Below the pieces are notes generated by a model. It had not been told where the DNA came from. It did no database searches and was given only the letters and a program-made list of their open reading frames with translations. Below, piece after piece: positions 42,461 through 56,462 of a stretch of 64,000 nt of DNA (position 1 is the stretch's first letter; each line of letters begins with the position of its first letter). This stretch comes from Octopus vulgaris (Eukaryota), in NCBI GenBank assembly GCA_951406725.2, contig OX597833.1, positions 68,820,001 through 68,884,000 of the forward strand. The letters run 5' to 3'. The translations under genes were made by a program, and so were the position numbers.

Positions 42461-42540
42461 AGCTATGTTTGCATGTATGTATATGTATGCATATGTTTAT
42501 ATATAAGTGGACATGTATGTTTACATATATATATGTGTGT
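39150..42540. repeat. Cluster of compound TA-rich microsatellites with local duplications
   Basis: Duplicated blocks near 40080/40220 and 41175/41300. Confidence 0.85.
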
Positions 42541-43726
42541 GCTTTAGCTTAAATTAGAAGTATACACAATTATATTTTTATAACAATTACAAAATATACA
42601 CAGACATGTAAAAAGTATCTTGCGGTTGAGGAGTAAAGTAAATTAAGTAGAAATTGTTATATTGGTTAGATAAAGAGGCGCAAGATAGCACATACACACA
42701 CACACACACACACACATACACACACACACACAAGCAAAATACTCTCGTTAAAACGTACGTCGCTAAATATTGGATCGGCTTAACTGAACGAGATCCTAGG
42801 TAAATGTTTTATATTCATTGTCTGTTTCCGTCGCCAGTTTCTAACTACAATTAATCTATTCAAAGGCTTTATATTTCAAGAATTACTACCCCTGAAGCCT
42901 CCTAAATTATTTGGGAGTTTCAATGATATGTAGCGTTAAAAATTTGCATTACATAATCGTATTTATTTATAAGGTGTTTGAAATTTAAGCATAGTAGCGG
43001 CTGGTATTTCGTTAGCTACAATTTCTTGTATAGTTTTATAAATCTAACAGCTTTTGCATTATGCAGTGCTTTCAAGGGAGCCAGTGTAGCTTTGAATTAT
43101 ACTTTTGAAGCAAATTCCTAGGCATCAAATTTTGATGCAAACTATTTTCGCTGAAAGAGTAACGACATACATTTGTCAGGTTCTTCAAACGACAGGTGGT
43201 AGTGCGCTAAAAATATCCATAATGCAAATTTTCAAACTGCATCAGCTGAATATACAAGCTATAACTTCCAGCCAGCCTTTAGTAAGAATAATCGGTTAAA
43301 ACGGACTTCATGAAATTTGTGCGATTTAAAAAGAAAGATGCCATATACCTACGTATATACAAATCTGTATATATATATATGTATATATATATATATGGAT
43401 ATATATATACATGTGTGTGAGAGTTGTTGCTGTCGCAGTCTCAGCTGAATTGAAATGAAAAAAAAGCAATTTACACATTCGTAGGTTACAGTTAGATTTC
43501 TTCGATTGCAGTTTATTCTTATGTTACTCAGTGTGTCTCCCTCCTAGTCGCCTGCAATGTCTTTCTTCGAGCCAAATACTCGGAAATGCGAACATATATA
43601 CACAGACATACACAGACATATACGTACATATGTATGTATACGTATGTTTATATACGCATATATATGCATATATATATATATATATATATATACGTATACA
43701 TACTTCTATATACTTATACATGTTAA

Positions 43727-43769
<43 letters not shown>

Positions 43770-44040
43770 GTATACATACTTCTATATACTTATATATGTT
43801 AACCTATATATACATATATATATATATATATGTATATACGTATATATTTATATATGTGTGCGTACATATAAATACGTATATATATATATATATACATATA
43901 TAGATATATACGTACATATATAAACACATATATTAATATGTATATGTACATACACATTTTGTTTGTATGTATGTATGTATATATATATATATATACACCT
44001 GTGTGTATATATGACATGTAACTATAATCTCACCGCTATA

Positions 44041-44370
44041 CGCAAGCAGAAGAAAAGTCCTCTTTCCTTCTGTAGGATGGCTTCTTTCCTGCTTCAAGAG
44101 CCACACATTGGTGAGCAGAAATATGTGTTCTCGCATCCTTCGCACACTAACCCTACCGAAGCATCAAGAACGAGGAAGCTGGCGGGAGAGAGGGCTGCTT
44201 CTCCAGATATTCGGAGATGGAATCCATGTTAATATGAAGGCGACTTTTATCAGACTTATGATGGCACTGTCAGAGAATCTCTTGAACATCTTTTCAAACA
44301 TAGATTCAACAGTGTTGTCGGTTCCATAACAGCACCCTGGTGAATGCTGCCATCGGTGGCTACTAATTGA
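44041..44370 (-). mobile_element. Possible decayed BEL/Pao gag fragment
   Basis: Minus strand VCEGCE..HISAHQC...RKEAILQKERGLFFCL (needs frameshifts) resembles the BEL/Pao Cys-His knuckle region. Confidence 0.3.
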
Positions 44371-45151
44371 CTTTCACTCTAAATTCTTCGTAGAAATTTC
44401 CTTTATCTATATATCATATGAATTGTGATTACAACACAATAAATCAAACGATTACATACATATCTAACCTATGTGGTTTGATACATACTAGTATAGTAAC
44501 AAAGAAGATCATAACTATATCACATGAACATGATTATCTAAATACGTAGATAATTAAGCACACATATAATTTAAAATAGAAAATCAAACATACACACAAA
44601 CACAGATACAGCACCCACAAGAACATAACACTCACATAGACACAAATATTTAGTCCTTTAATTTTTTAGCATAAGTAACACTTTGCCTGTAATCGTCAGT
44701 TTTTTTTCGTTTTTTTTTTTACTTGCAGTGATTTGGTGGAAGAAAATAATAAAAAAAAAAATCTTAAAATTATAAGAGAAACTCAGCAACTAAACATGAC
44801 AAGCAATAATTCTGTAGCAATCTTTAGATATTTCATTCGTCACCCCGTCCCTTCCTTGTTATGTTCACATTGCCACCACTTCAAAGAACGCCTAATTATT
44901 GAAACACTTTGAAGCAACCATCGTTAATTTTGTCATCGATATCTTGTCTTGTTTCTTTCACATTCTGCTTTTCTTTCCTTTACATCAGTACCATTGATTT
45001 TCTTTTCTTCTTTCTTTTTGTTTATTTCCTTTCACGTTGTCTATATATATGCTTGAGCAACACAATGTAGGAATTGCAAACACACAATTGTCAGAACCAA
45101 AACGTCACATAATCTATTTACTTCCGTACGTCCATTTCACTACATTTATGA

Positions 45152-45198
<47 letters not shown>

Positions 45199-45411
45199 CA
45201 TTGATACTTATATGCGTAACAGTATGTGCATCAACAGTTACAGTTTTTCAAATATACACACACAGTCAGATATGTACATACGTATATACATTTGCAAGCA
45301 TATGTATACGTCCATATATTATATATACGCTATATATGCATGCTCTATATGCATACATTAAATATATATATAAACAAATATATTTTATACACACACGCAC
45401 ATACATTACAT

Positions 45412-45453
<42 letters not shown>

Positions 45454-46357
45454 TACACACACACATAGAAATGTACATACATATACACATGCCAAAACAG
45501 GAAGTTAGACTATGATATTTGTATAATGTTTTTCCTTTTAATGTTTTCATTAACAAATTTGTTCCCCGCCATTTTGACTATTATTTGCAAATACAATATT
45601 TTTTAAATGGTGGCAGTGTACTTGTTCATTGTTTCCAATTAAATAAATTTAGTTTCTCTTTTTTCCTTAATCAATATGTACAATTTATACATCGTATATA
45701 CATGCATCCATATATTTAAATAAGTATTTCTCTTGCATTTGGCGTATATGTTGCCGTTCAGTTTACGAATCATTGTCCACAACATGTTAAAATCTGCGTA
45801 TGGAATTATTTCATATCATCATGTGCTTCTTGCTTTGCTATTCGTTTCAAAATAACATATACTTTAAATACAATATCGTCGAGTCCACAGGTATTATTCG
45901 ATAAAATGTAATATCGAAGTCGTACAAGGAAAGGAAAAGAAAATTTTTCTTGTTATTAATGTACAACAAAGACCCAACAGCGTTTGGAAAACAATTATGG
46001 AAAGAAGTCAGCTACAATATTCTGCAAAAGTATTTATTGAAATCGTACATTATATATAATTTTCACAGAACTTTTGAAATGCATACATACATACATACAT
46101 GTATATATAAGTCGGTATACACATGCAGGGAAGTGACACTCGACAAATACAGTAGTTTAGTATATTTTTAATTATATTTTGCCTCAGCTCTGTATGAATT
46201 AAACTTGAATGGATACATAAGACGCACCCTTTTCATCAGATGTACGGTTTAAAGTGTCAATGCACAAAAAATAACGAAAATAACATTGTTTCATACAACT
46301 AATAATTTCGATTCCAAAACCAGAAATAATAGCAAATTAATAATAATGATAATAAAC

Positions 46358-46555
46358 ACAGGACTTCCAAATACATATAACATACAGAAAATTGTACTAT
46401 TGGGCACTGCACACATCCTACGCAAAACACTTTCGATACAGTAACCATCAGAGCATCGCAACAAATCACAGCACATATCCAAGGCACACAGAGCTGCGCT
46501 CGGTAGTGATGTGAAAGCACGCTATAAAAATAAAACTACAGAATAATAATGATGA
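46358..46555 (+). mobile_element. R4/Dong-clade LINE extreme 3' end
   Basis: TGLPNTYNIQKIVLLGTAHILRKTLSIQ*. (AAT)n on both sides. Confidence 0.75.
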
Positions 46556-47059
46556 TAGTCAACGATGCACTGGCAAAAGTGAGCAAAAAGAATAAAATGA
46601 AATAATTGAATCAAAACATTACATACGCAATAATATAAAATAATGAAATAAAAGAATGTTGAAATTGAAATATTGCAGATACTGAGAGCGTAAATGGAAA
46701 CAAGATGTTGAAGAAAAATAACCTTTAGGTATTTACATGGAAATCTACCACAAAGAAACGAGAAAATCAACGATTTAAGTCAAAGCAGATGTTGAATAGT
46801 GGCATATGTATGGCATTAAAAACAACACTATTGACAAATAGACTAACAAGGAGCAAGTTAAAGTATTGACATTAAACATAGATACAGAGGCTAGTTAGTG
46901 TTAGAGCATTCATACACTGCTCTAAGGTCAGCATTAAGACATAGGCACAAAGATGATTTTACAAAGCGTACATGTATCAGAAAATGCCGTTGTTACATGC
47001 GGAACAATCCAGAATTACAGAAAGACATGAAACAGCAATGATTTAAGCTTTAAACATTG

Positions 47060-47970
47060 TGAAGGTGAGTGAAATGGATAGGATTGAGAGGGAGCAGAAT
47101 TATGTAGAGAAACTAAGAGGCAAATATGAACTGGTTGAGAAACAGGATGTAGGAGATGTAGAGGAGGAGAGGCAAAAAATAGATGTCCTCTAATGTACGT
47201 GGTACACTAGGGTTAGAATGGGTGTGAGGAAAGGTTGTGAGTGGTGGAATGATCTGGTAATTGATGCAGTGGCAGAGAAGAAAAGGGCCTTGAAGTGTGG
47301 TAGCAGAGAAGGGATGGATGGGCTTATGATCACTAAAAAGGAAAGTAAAGAGAGAGGAGAGTGTGGAGGATTTGGAGGCGAATGGAAGGTTCGGGAAAAA
47401 GTGGAGTGAAAATTTTATAAGAAATAAAAAGATGTTTTTGAAAGAGGTAGAGAGGGCAAGAAAGGTGGTTGGATTGGAGGAAGGAACGAAAGGGGTGAAG
47501 GATGTAAATGGAAATGAGGATGTACAAAGGAGATAAGTACAAAGGAATAGAGTATTTTATTAATCTGTTAAATGTGGAGGATGTTAGGGAGGCAAGTATA
47601 GTGGCTGTAGGAGAAGAGAGGAGAATGGCTGTTGTTGAGGAATGGAACCACGGTGCAACTGGAAGGGAGAAGGTGAGGGAATTCTTTCGGTAGATGACAA
47701 AGTGGAAGGCGTTAGGTATAGAGAGGTGCACAGCGGAATTCCTAAAGAAAGGATGACTAGCAGTAATTGAATGGTTAGCAAGGCTTATGAATGTTTGTTA
47801 TACGGCTGGAAGAGTACCAAACCATTGGTGCAGTGCCTGTATAAGGCCCCTATACAAGGGGAAAGGGATAAATGTGAATGTGGAAATTTTAGGGCTATAA
47901 GTCTGTTGTTTGTGGTTGGTAAATTGTATGTGAGAAATCTGGTTGTAAGGGTGAGGAAACAGACAGTTTC
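47060..47970 (+). mobile_element. Decayed RTE-clade LINE ORF fragment
   Basis: KGCEWWNDLVIDAVAEKKRA and GERDKCECGNFRAISLLFVVGKLYVRNL motifs. Purine-rich, with many frameshifts. Confidence 0.8.
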
Positions 47971-48004
47971 AATATTTTTCAATTAGATCATGGCTGAGAG
48001 ATAA

Positions 48005-48420
48005 AAGCTTGCTCAAGGTAGCCGCCCTCGGATTCGACCACGATATTGACACGGCTCCGGAATCTGGTGCATGCGTATGTCTCCTTGGGAGGATCTTCTA
48101 ACACATCCATCAGATCAGCCTTATCAGTTGCAAGCAAAATGGTGCCTTTCTCATTCGTAGCCTACACATGGTAATCCATGGAATTACAAGTGGGCGAATC
48201 AGCAGGCCGGTTGTAGAAACTCTTCGACAGAAATTTATGACTAATTTTTTTCTAGGAATAGGTATAAAAGTATTTGAATACTGCTGCCACACATAACTCT
48301 TTCCAGCAGTAAACCTCTGCAGCCAGGGTTTGCCCACAATCTCAAATAGCTTTACATAGCCACCTGAATTGCGCCTAGGGCCCTGTTCATCAGTTGTTCG
48401 AAGTGAATTACGTCAGAATG
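48005..48420 (-). pseudogene. Tc1/mariner (DD37D/maT-like) transposase C-terminal remnant
   Basis: Minus strand NSGGYVKLFEIVGKPWLQRFTAGKSYVWQQYS...RPADSPTCNSMDYHV*...ACTRFRSRVNIVVESEGGYLE matches the WQQD, SPDxNPxDY and GGYxE motifs. Confidence 0.8.
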
Positions 48421-50204
48421 CCTGCTAGCACCAAATTCTCCCAATCTCATTTGTAGCTATCCATATCACATCTTACAGATCTCACCGTGTACTCAGAGAA
48501 ATCAACATTGGGCATGATGTGGGCCTTTTGATACCATGAAGCAATCATGATAAATGAAACCCTTTTTCAATTTCAGATGCTTTTCAGTCCTACGTGTTAG
48601 CTTTTTTCTTCACTATAACTTTATGCAACACAGTTAACCTTTTATCAATCCATCGATTCGTTCCAGAAAAAAAAAACGAAACATAAAAAACGGCTAAATT
48701 TGCATCAAACATCCTTTAAAATCACATTGACGCATCCATTTACATTATATAGAGAGGGCTATAGAAAACCACGCATCCGCATCTGAGTGGACAAGCATTG
48801 AAGAAAAACAACAAATGACTATGAAACGTCAGTGCATCACAGAACACGTACCTTCCCGCTGCTGATTTTGTAGTAGTAACCTCTCACGTTTATTGGTGTT
48901 TTTCATATCAGAATGTTAGGAGAAAACTGATATAGAAAATATGTCCCCTTCTACGCGTAGTTTTAGCAAAATGCTCCCGTGTACACCGAGTCAAAATAGT
49001 TTTAGCTACGAGAGATAAATTGTGTAGAAAGCTGAGTGTAACACTCTATCTTCAGTAAAGCACTAGAACTGTAAATGGCGGTATTTCAGTTAGGAAATTA
49101 CAGGATCACCGACAAAATACTTTTATTATAAAACTCCATAAAGTAAGAAGTAATGATTCGCATTGAATTATACATGAATCTCTTTACAGAAAATAATGTA
49201 TAGCACTAATTGAATAAAAAAAAATATAGAAGGCCTAAAGATGGAAATGGCATATAGTTGTGATATTCATTGCGATATATAAAACATTGAGAATAATAAA
49301 AGGAAAACTATGCAAAATATATTTTTATCTCTGAATCTAAGTATAAAGGCAAGCAATTTCTCTCTGGGTTAGTATATGAGAAATAATTATCATGAACGAA
49401 AACATATTTTATTTCTAAAATCTAATGTATTATAAAGGTTCCGAAGACAAGGCAATAATAGCCAAACTCTTGATTTTTTTCGGTAATGTTTTTTATTAAA
49501 TATCAGTCAAGTTTGATAAGACTACAACTAACATGACATGGCGTCTTCAAATTTAAATTATTGAAATATGACCAGCAAGAAAAACCCAAATATAACAATG
49601 GGAACTAACTTCCTATTTGAAAAAATAAGCATCAGTCAAAAATGTATATCGGAACATATATAAACGCAAAGTGACTAACTTCGGATGAATGACTTTTATT
49701 AGTTTCACGGCAACATATTTTAAAGGAACGGTGCTGTTGAGGTTAAATAATCATAGCTAAGGGTTTTCTACATACATTACCATGGAATTGCAACCCAGCC
49801 ATACAAAGAACAACTTAGTGAAGAGCAAATTTGTCCGAATTCTAACGTCACATATTATCAATGCATAAATTATCATTTTATAACTGTGGAAAGGTATTCA
49901 CATAAACTTAGTGATACATTGATTAAAGTGTTAACTAACTTCTTTAATATTTGAAGACGATATAAAACTACCCAAATGGTTTTAATGCCAAAAAATAAGA
50001 CTGAAATGTATCAAGCGATCAGGTAATAAACCATCTTTGAGGGACAACATTGAAGACGATAGATTTTTATATTTCGTGATATAAGTTACAGAAATAACTG
50101 CAGGACAGTAAAAGGGGATACACGGACTGAATATGAAATATAGGGGACATGAAAATGAATTGCTACCTGCAAAACGAACCGTTTTGAAAACTAAACATAG
50201 TAAA

Positions 50205-50606
50205 CTCTCTTTACTCTTTACTCTTTACTCGTTTCAGTCATTTGACTGCGGCCATGCTGGAAGAGCACCTTTAGTCGAGCAAATCGACCCCGAGACATTC
50301 TTTGTAAGCCCAGTACTTATTCTATAGGTCTCTTTTTGCCGAACCGCTAAGTGACGGGGACGTAAACACACCAGTATCGGTTGTCAAGCAATGCTAGGGG
50401 GACAAACACAAACACACACATACACATATGTATACATATATACGACGGGCGTCTTTCAGTTTCCGTCTACCAAATCCACTCACAAGGCATTGGTCGGCCC
50501 GGGGCTATAGCAGAAGACACTTTCCCAAGATGCCACGCAGTGGGACTAAACCCGGAACCATGTGGTTGGTTAGCAAGCTACTTACCACACAGCCACTCCT
50601 GCGCCT
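50205..50606 (-). mobile_element. SINE family B, full length
   Basis: Near-identical to the other family B copies. Confidence 0.93.
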
Positions 50607-51113
50607 TATAAAACATTGAGTTTTATAAAAGAATATTTGAGACTAAGCAGTATGCTGTATAGGTAAGAGAATAATGCAATATATTCTTGTGAAATTTTAG
50701 GAAGAAAATCACGTCTGAAAAACTGAGACAGAATAGTTCGCTGCAATGCTCACACTAAATGTACAATGTGCATCTGCGTCTATGCATATTTAACACACAA
50801 TATTTAACATATGTGTGTTCAACAAACCAAAATACAGGATGCTTTTATTCCTCTTTGAGCTTGTAATTTAATCTATCCATTTCTATTCTGAAGATGATAA
50901 CGTGTGTCACGTATCACAGCAATTTCTAACTTAAGTGACAACATGGAGTCTCTGGCTTTACCTTAACATAGAGACAGAGTGTAAGACACATTTCAAGTGT
51001 CAGCTTATACGAGTACATTACTTTTTCCTTTGGGCATGCAAGGATACGTATAGAAACTAAAAAAAGAAAACGAGAATATATCGTGCAATTTAAACTCACA
51101 TTGCAATATTAGC

Positions 51114-51171
<58 letters not shown>

Positions 51172-51173
<2 letters not shown>

Positions 51174-51312
51174 GGAGTAAACACATGACTGTGAAACAAG
51201 GTGGAAAAAAGAGTACTCAAATACCAGTGGTAGAGTAATATGCCGTCCGATGAACGGCAACGGGAAACTCAGAGTAACAGGTTTTGTTGAATTTTCTGCT
51301 GCTTTAAATAAA
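51172..51312. mobile_element. Penelope-like terminal-repeat fragment in (TA)n
   Basis: Contains a degenerate + strand hammerhead core ccgatga-a-cg(gcaa)cg-ggaaac at about 51247-51270, followed by aataaa. Bounded by (TA)n. Confidence 0.4.
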
Positions 51313-51348
<36 letters not shown>

Positions 51349-51455
51349 TAATATATATAACGGGAAGGTTTACGAAAATAAACAAAAGACGAAGGCAGGT
51401 GGAGTACAAACAAACAATTGTATTAGTATGGCGCTCAGGAATAGAAATAGAACAA

Positions 51456-51497
51456 GTATTTTACGTTTCGAGCCTACGCTCTTCGACAGAAAGATAC
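51456..51497 (-). ncRNA. Minimal type I hammerhead-like motif (A6U variant) in a Penelope-like fragment
   Basis: Minus strand GUAUCUUU-CUGUCGA-A-GAGC(GUAG)GCUC-GAAAC-GUA-AAAUAC. Confidence 0.6.
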
Positions 51498-52152
51498 ACA
51501 GAAAAGAAACAAGGAGAGAAAAAAAAGCGTGTAGGAGCTAACGATATATCACGAGACAGACTTATAAATAGAGAGATGGATAGAAAGACAGATAGATAAT
51601 CTGTAAAAGGTAAGCAGAAATATATTCATAGTCACGAAAGAGTTGCAAAACCCTTAAGTAAATCTATTGTACGTACATACCAAGAAAGTCTTGATAGATT
51701 TGTCAAGAGAGGAAAGACAGCATCTAAGTTGATTATTTTCAGGCCATCGACACTTATGGGAGAAATATAGGAAGAAAGCAGTTTTCCTATTTTGAGCGAT
51801 TTGAAGATGGCATGAGAATCTCCATTTACTTTCCGACTGGATTAGAACAAACACGCAAACAATTAGAGGTTAATGAACTATACCGCATAAAGCACAACTA
51901 GAACAAGAGAGTTGGAAGGAATGTTGTAGACGAATTCCATGACAACTAAAACGGTGCTAGATATAAACGAAGTTAATAAGCATGTATTGTCTACGGGTTA
52001 TATTTGCAACTGGAATCGAAATTCTAAAGCAAGACTAGATGAGGAAAACAAAAACAAATAGAAAAAAAGAAAATGATGTAGTAACAGAAAAATGGAATAC
52101 AGAAAAGAAAAGTGTTGCATAAACACACACACACACACACACACACAAACAA

Positions 52153-52275
52153 ATGATCTCAGAGACTATCAGAGCGTCCATAATTTTGGATATGCCAATC
52201 CCAGGCAACAGGACTATCAATGTTAATCAATTGGATATTGTTATCAAGTGCAGCCCGGAAAGGATGTTCTTAGAG
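52153..52275 (+). mobile_element. R4/Dong-like endonuclease-domain fragment
   Basis: DMPIPGNRTINVNQLDIVIK resembles WDxPIxTDRxIxANRPDIVI. Confidence 0.5.
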
Positions 52276-52697
52276 CAAAAGGAAGGCAAGATGCATTGAT
52301 TGGAAGAAAATAGTCCTAAATGGCAAATAACCGAAAGCAGTCACCTAGCGGAAACAGATAAAGACAAATGGCGGCATTTGAAAAAAAAAAACGCAAAGCA
52401 TAAATCAGTTTCCTCCCGACAGTTGATAAGGATGTATAACTAAGAGAAACTTTCTGAGGTTGAATGCAATTTACCTATCATCCAATATAGCAAAAATCGA
52501 TTCGGATGTCCATTTGCGTTGTCAGTGATAACAGATTATTCGGTATCTTAGACTGTAACACACCACTATGTTACAGAAGACTATAGTGCAATGAGACTTG
52601 CGAGAGAGCAAGTTATACATTACATACTGTCTCACATCCAATGACTACACATCACTATAAGAGAATGTGGTAGGAAGCTAAGTTATAGACTCATCAA

Positions 52698-52915
52698 TAA
52701 AGCGGTGAGCTGGCAGAATCGTTCGTAGGCCGGCCGAAGTCCTTAGCGGCATTTCGTTCGTCTTTATGCTCTGAGCTCCAATTCCATCTCGGTTGACTCT
52801 GCCATTCATCCATTGGGGATTGATAAAATATGTAGAAGTTGTTTACTGGGCGTCTATGTAACCGAGTTCACCTATTCCCTGATCTTTCTGGCTTTCAGCC
52901 AAAGTTCGAAAGTAA
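52698..52915 (+). mobile_element. Degenerate SINE family A
   Basis: gcggtgagctggcagaatcgtt head and gccattcatcc body. Confidence 0.8.
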
Positions 52916-53014
52916 TGTTGCTCATAATATTTCCTATTCGTAAGGTCTTGAGCTATAACTTCATAAGTAATCAGTTAACTTGCTAAGAAATCTCATAAGA
53001 AATACACTGTAGGT

Positions 53015-53160
53015 GTATTGTTTTCACCCTCATATCGTTTTACAGATGCTATACTAATGACACGCAATTGTGCATGACTTGTGGACACTCAACCATACTC
53101 CATTCATAGCGGCCTCACTGCCTCTGAGATATATGCCAAAACTGAGTGACAGACTACCTT
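53015..53160 (+). mobile_element. Possible decayed L2-like RT fragment
   Basis: FYRCYTNDTQLC resembles FHCYADDTQLY. Confidence 0.3.
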
Positions 53161-53173
53161 CAAAATACATACC

Positions 53174-53579
53174 TGTTTCTTTACTAACCACAAGGGGCTA
53201 AGCATAGAAGGGACAAACAAGGACAGGCAACCGGATTAAGTCGATTACATCGACCCCAGTGCGTAACTGGTACTTAATTTATCAACCCCGAAAGGATGAA
53301 AGGCAAAGTCGACCTCGGCGGAATTTGAACACCGGAACGTAGCGGCAGACGATATACCTATTTCTTTACTACCCACAAGGGGCTAAATATAGAGAAGACA
53401 AACAGATTAAGTCGATTATATCGACCACAGTGCGTAACTGGTCTTTAATTTATTGACCCCAAACGGATGAAAGGCAAAGTCGACCTCGGCGGAATTTGAA
53501 CACGAGAACGTAGCGGAAGACGAAATACCACAAAGCATTTCGCCCGGCGTGCTAACGATTCTGCCAGCTCGTCGCCTTT
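53174..53579 (-). mobile_element. SINE family A dimer with 16-bp TSD
   Basis: TSD cttcaaaatacatacc at 53158-53173 and 53580-53595. Junction gatatacctatttc at about 53351-53364. Confidence 0.92.
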
Positions 53580-53750
53580 CTTCAAAATACATACCAATGC
53601 CTTAAAAGCAAGGACCCATTAAAATATATGGTACTTCATAAGTCACAAAATATTACCAGCAGACGGTCGCTGCCAGGGGTCTGTGTCAGTGCTAATCTTT
53701 AGTGAATCTAAAAACTAAGACTCAACACACTAAAGAAATACATATATACG

Positions 53751-53785
<35 letters not shown>

Positions 53786-54555
53786 TCTTACAGCCATACA
53801 TGTACACACGCATGCACATAGATGCGGGGCGTGTGTGTGTGCGTGACTCCACCAGACTTCATACACGTCAAGACGAAGTGAAATAATTGTTTGAAGACCT
53901 GTTTATCTCGAAGCATATAAAGTTTTGAACGCTAACGTGTAAGTACTGGATCAAAGAGATCATGTGGAGAGAATAAGTCAATATATACATATATGTATGT
54001 ACGAAGTTTCATAATGACTTTTGGAAAACTAATATATTTGGCAAACTAAGATGGAACTGAACACAGCTTCCCTTATCACTTTTCATAGAAATCACGTGCA
54101 AATTTGATAAGAAAAGGAGCGAAACATAAGCGTCATATTTTCCAGTTAACAGATTAAGGCACAATTTATTGTGAAGACTAGAATAGATAATATTGGTTAA
54201 ATTTCATGGCCAACCCGGTATGAAGTCCAAATTCAGTGAGCCTTCGTTGTTGTATTATTCGTGCATCAATGTGATATACCAAGAAGTTCCGTTTGTATTT
54301 CGACCACTCATTCTGTGTCAGAATTTAAGGAAATTAACACATCGTTCAGTTCAAAGGAAATTGGATTGCATGAGGGATAAAACTTTGCTTTATAATACCT
54401 ACACACACACACACACACACGTGTGTGTGTGTGTGTGTGTTCATAATACGAAATAATATAATGCATGAGGACCATGTAAACTGAATGAAGTATGAATGTA
54501 TATTGTCACATTGCGTCTCCCTCTGCTTCCTATCTCTCTCTGTATACACACACAG

Positions 54556-54586
<31 letters not shown>

Positions 54587-55410
54587 TATATACATACATT
54601 TGTGTGTTTGTATGTACATACGCGCACAAATACGTATACAAGCTCATATACGTATATGTTTGTGTGCATGTATATAAATATATGTATATGAAAGTGTGTA
54701 CGTATGTTGTACGCATGGATGTATGGATGTATGCTAGATCCATAAAGAAACTAGAATAAAAAGCAAATAAGATACTTGATGGTCATCACACAAGGATTTA
54801 ACAGATTGGAAGAATGAATATATTTCATAAAGACACCAACCTCCTGGCAATAGTTATGTGAAATATGACAGGTTATTGAGAGACAGTTAATATACTGGCC
54901 TTGGATACGCGGATACTCAACAACGCCATTTCATTAATAAATATTTAGCAAGAACAGGATTTAACGGAAATCATATTCACAACGCAAAATCCTACACAAA
55001 TACGCATTAATGAGAAAAGCACAAAATAGTCAAATACAGCCGCATCCATGGATCATGAATGGATGTACAGATATTGCAAATATTGTTCAGTAACAGCCTA
55101 CCAGGCGGTTTCCTATTGAAAACCTACCAGAATACTCTACACAATAGTCTCACCATTAATGCAAATGATTGCTTTGACAATAGCGGACTTCAAACCTACC
55201 TTAAATATCAAATTGTAAGAACCGAAATATTACAAAGATACATTTCATCTGCATAGATGTGTAGAAGCACTGAAAAGTATCTAACGAACAGGCTTCTACA
55301 TAAGAAAAAATGCAAGCGTAACAGTGAGTCCATTAATCAGCGGTTTGTATTCATAATTATATTCTATAGAAATCCCGGAATATGCTCAATATTACATCAT
55401 TGTGTATGTG

Positions 55411-55860
55411 TGGGCGCGGCTGTCAGGTAAGGAGCTTGCACTGCAATCACGTGGTTCTGGGTTCACTCCCACAGCATAGAACTTGAGTAAAGGTACTTTT
55501 TTAATAAATATAACACAGGGTTGATCAAAAACCAGAAGTGGATTTTGTAGGGAGATGCCGAAATTCTGTCCTGTGTGTGTGTGTTCGTTTGTGTGTGTGT
55601 GTGTGTGTGTGTGTGGGTGTGCTTGTTTGTGGAAGTGGCTGTTTGTATGTGGGTGTTTGTATATGTGTCTGCGTGTGTGTTTCTGTGTTTCCGTGTGTGT
55701 GTTTGTGTAAATGTGTTCCTGTGTGTGTGTGTGCTGATGTGTATTTGTGGATGGGCTCTGTTAGGTTTTAAACATGCCGCGAAACTTACATTCTTATCGA
55801 CCTAAAGCTAATGTAAACAGAATAAATTAGACTTAAGTAATTGATATTTCGGGCATACAA
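55411..55860 (+). mobile_element. Degenerate SINE family B with expanded (TG)n middle
   Basis: gggcgcggctgtcaggtaag head, gggttcactccc B box, gtggattttgtag body. Confidence 0.6.
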
Positions 55861-56037
55861 CTCCGCATCAAGGATTATGATTTGGTTTCATACTTTGAAT
55901 ACAAAGGATAAAAGTTGCAAAACGAAATCTGCATTGGCCGCATGTGCTGATACCTTATGAGAATGATGTCAGTCTAAAGAGCAGTGTTCTAGTTCTTATC
56001 GTTGAAGTCTCGACCAAGAAACGAAATTCTTTAGCTT

Positions 56038-56251
56038 TCTCTTTTACTCCTTTACTTTTACTTGTTTCAGTCATTTGACTGCGGCCATGCTGGAGCACCG
56101 ACCGCCTTTAGTCGAGTGAATCAACCCCCGGGACTTATTCTTTGTAAGGCCAGTACTTATTCTATCAGTCTCTTTTTGCCGAACCGCTAAGTGACGGGGA
56201 CGTAAACACACCAGCATCGGTTATCAAGCAATGCTGGGGGGACAAACACAA

Positions 56252-56296
<45 letters not shown>

Positions 56297-56462
56297 TACG
56301 ACAGGCTTCTTTCAGTTTCCGTCTACCAAATCCACTCACAAGGCATTGGTCGGCCCGGGGCTATAGCAGAAGACATTTGCCCAAGATGCCACGCAGTGGG
56401 ACTGAACCCGGAACCATGTGGTTGGTTAGCAAGCTACTTACCACACAGCCACTCCTGCGCCT
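56038..56462 (-). mobile_element. SINE family B, full length
   Basis: Near-identical to 50205-50606. Confidence 0.93.
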
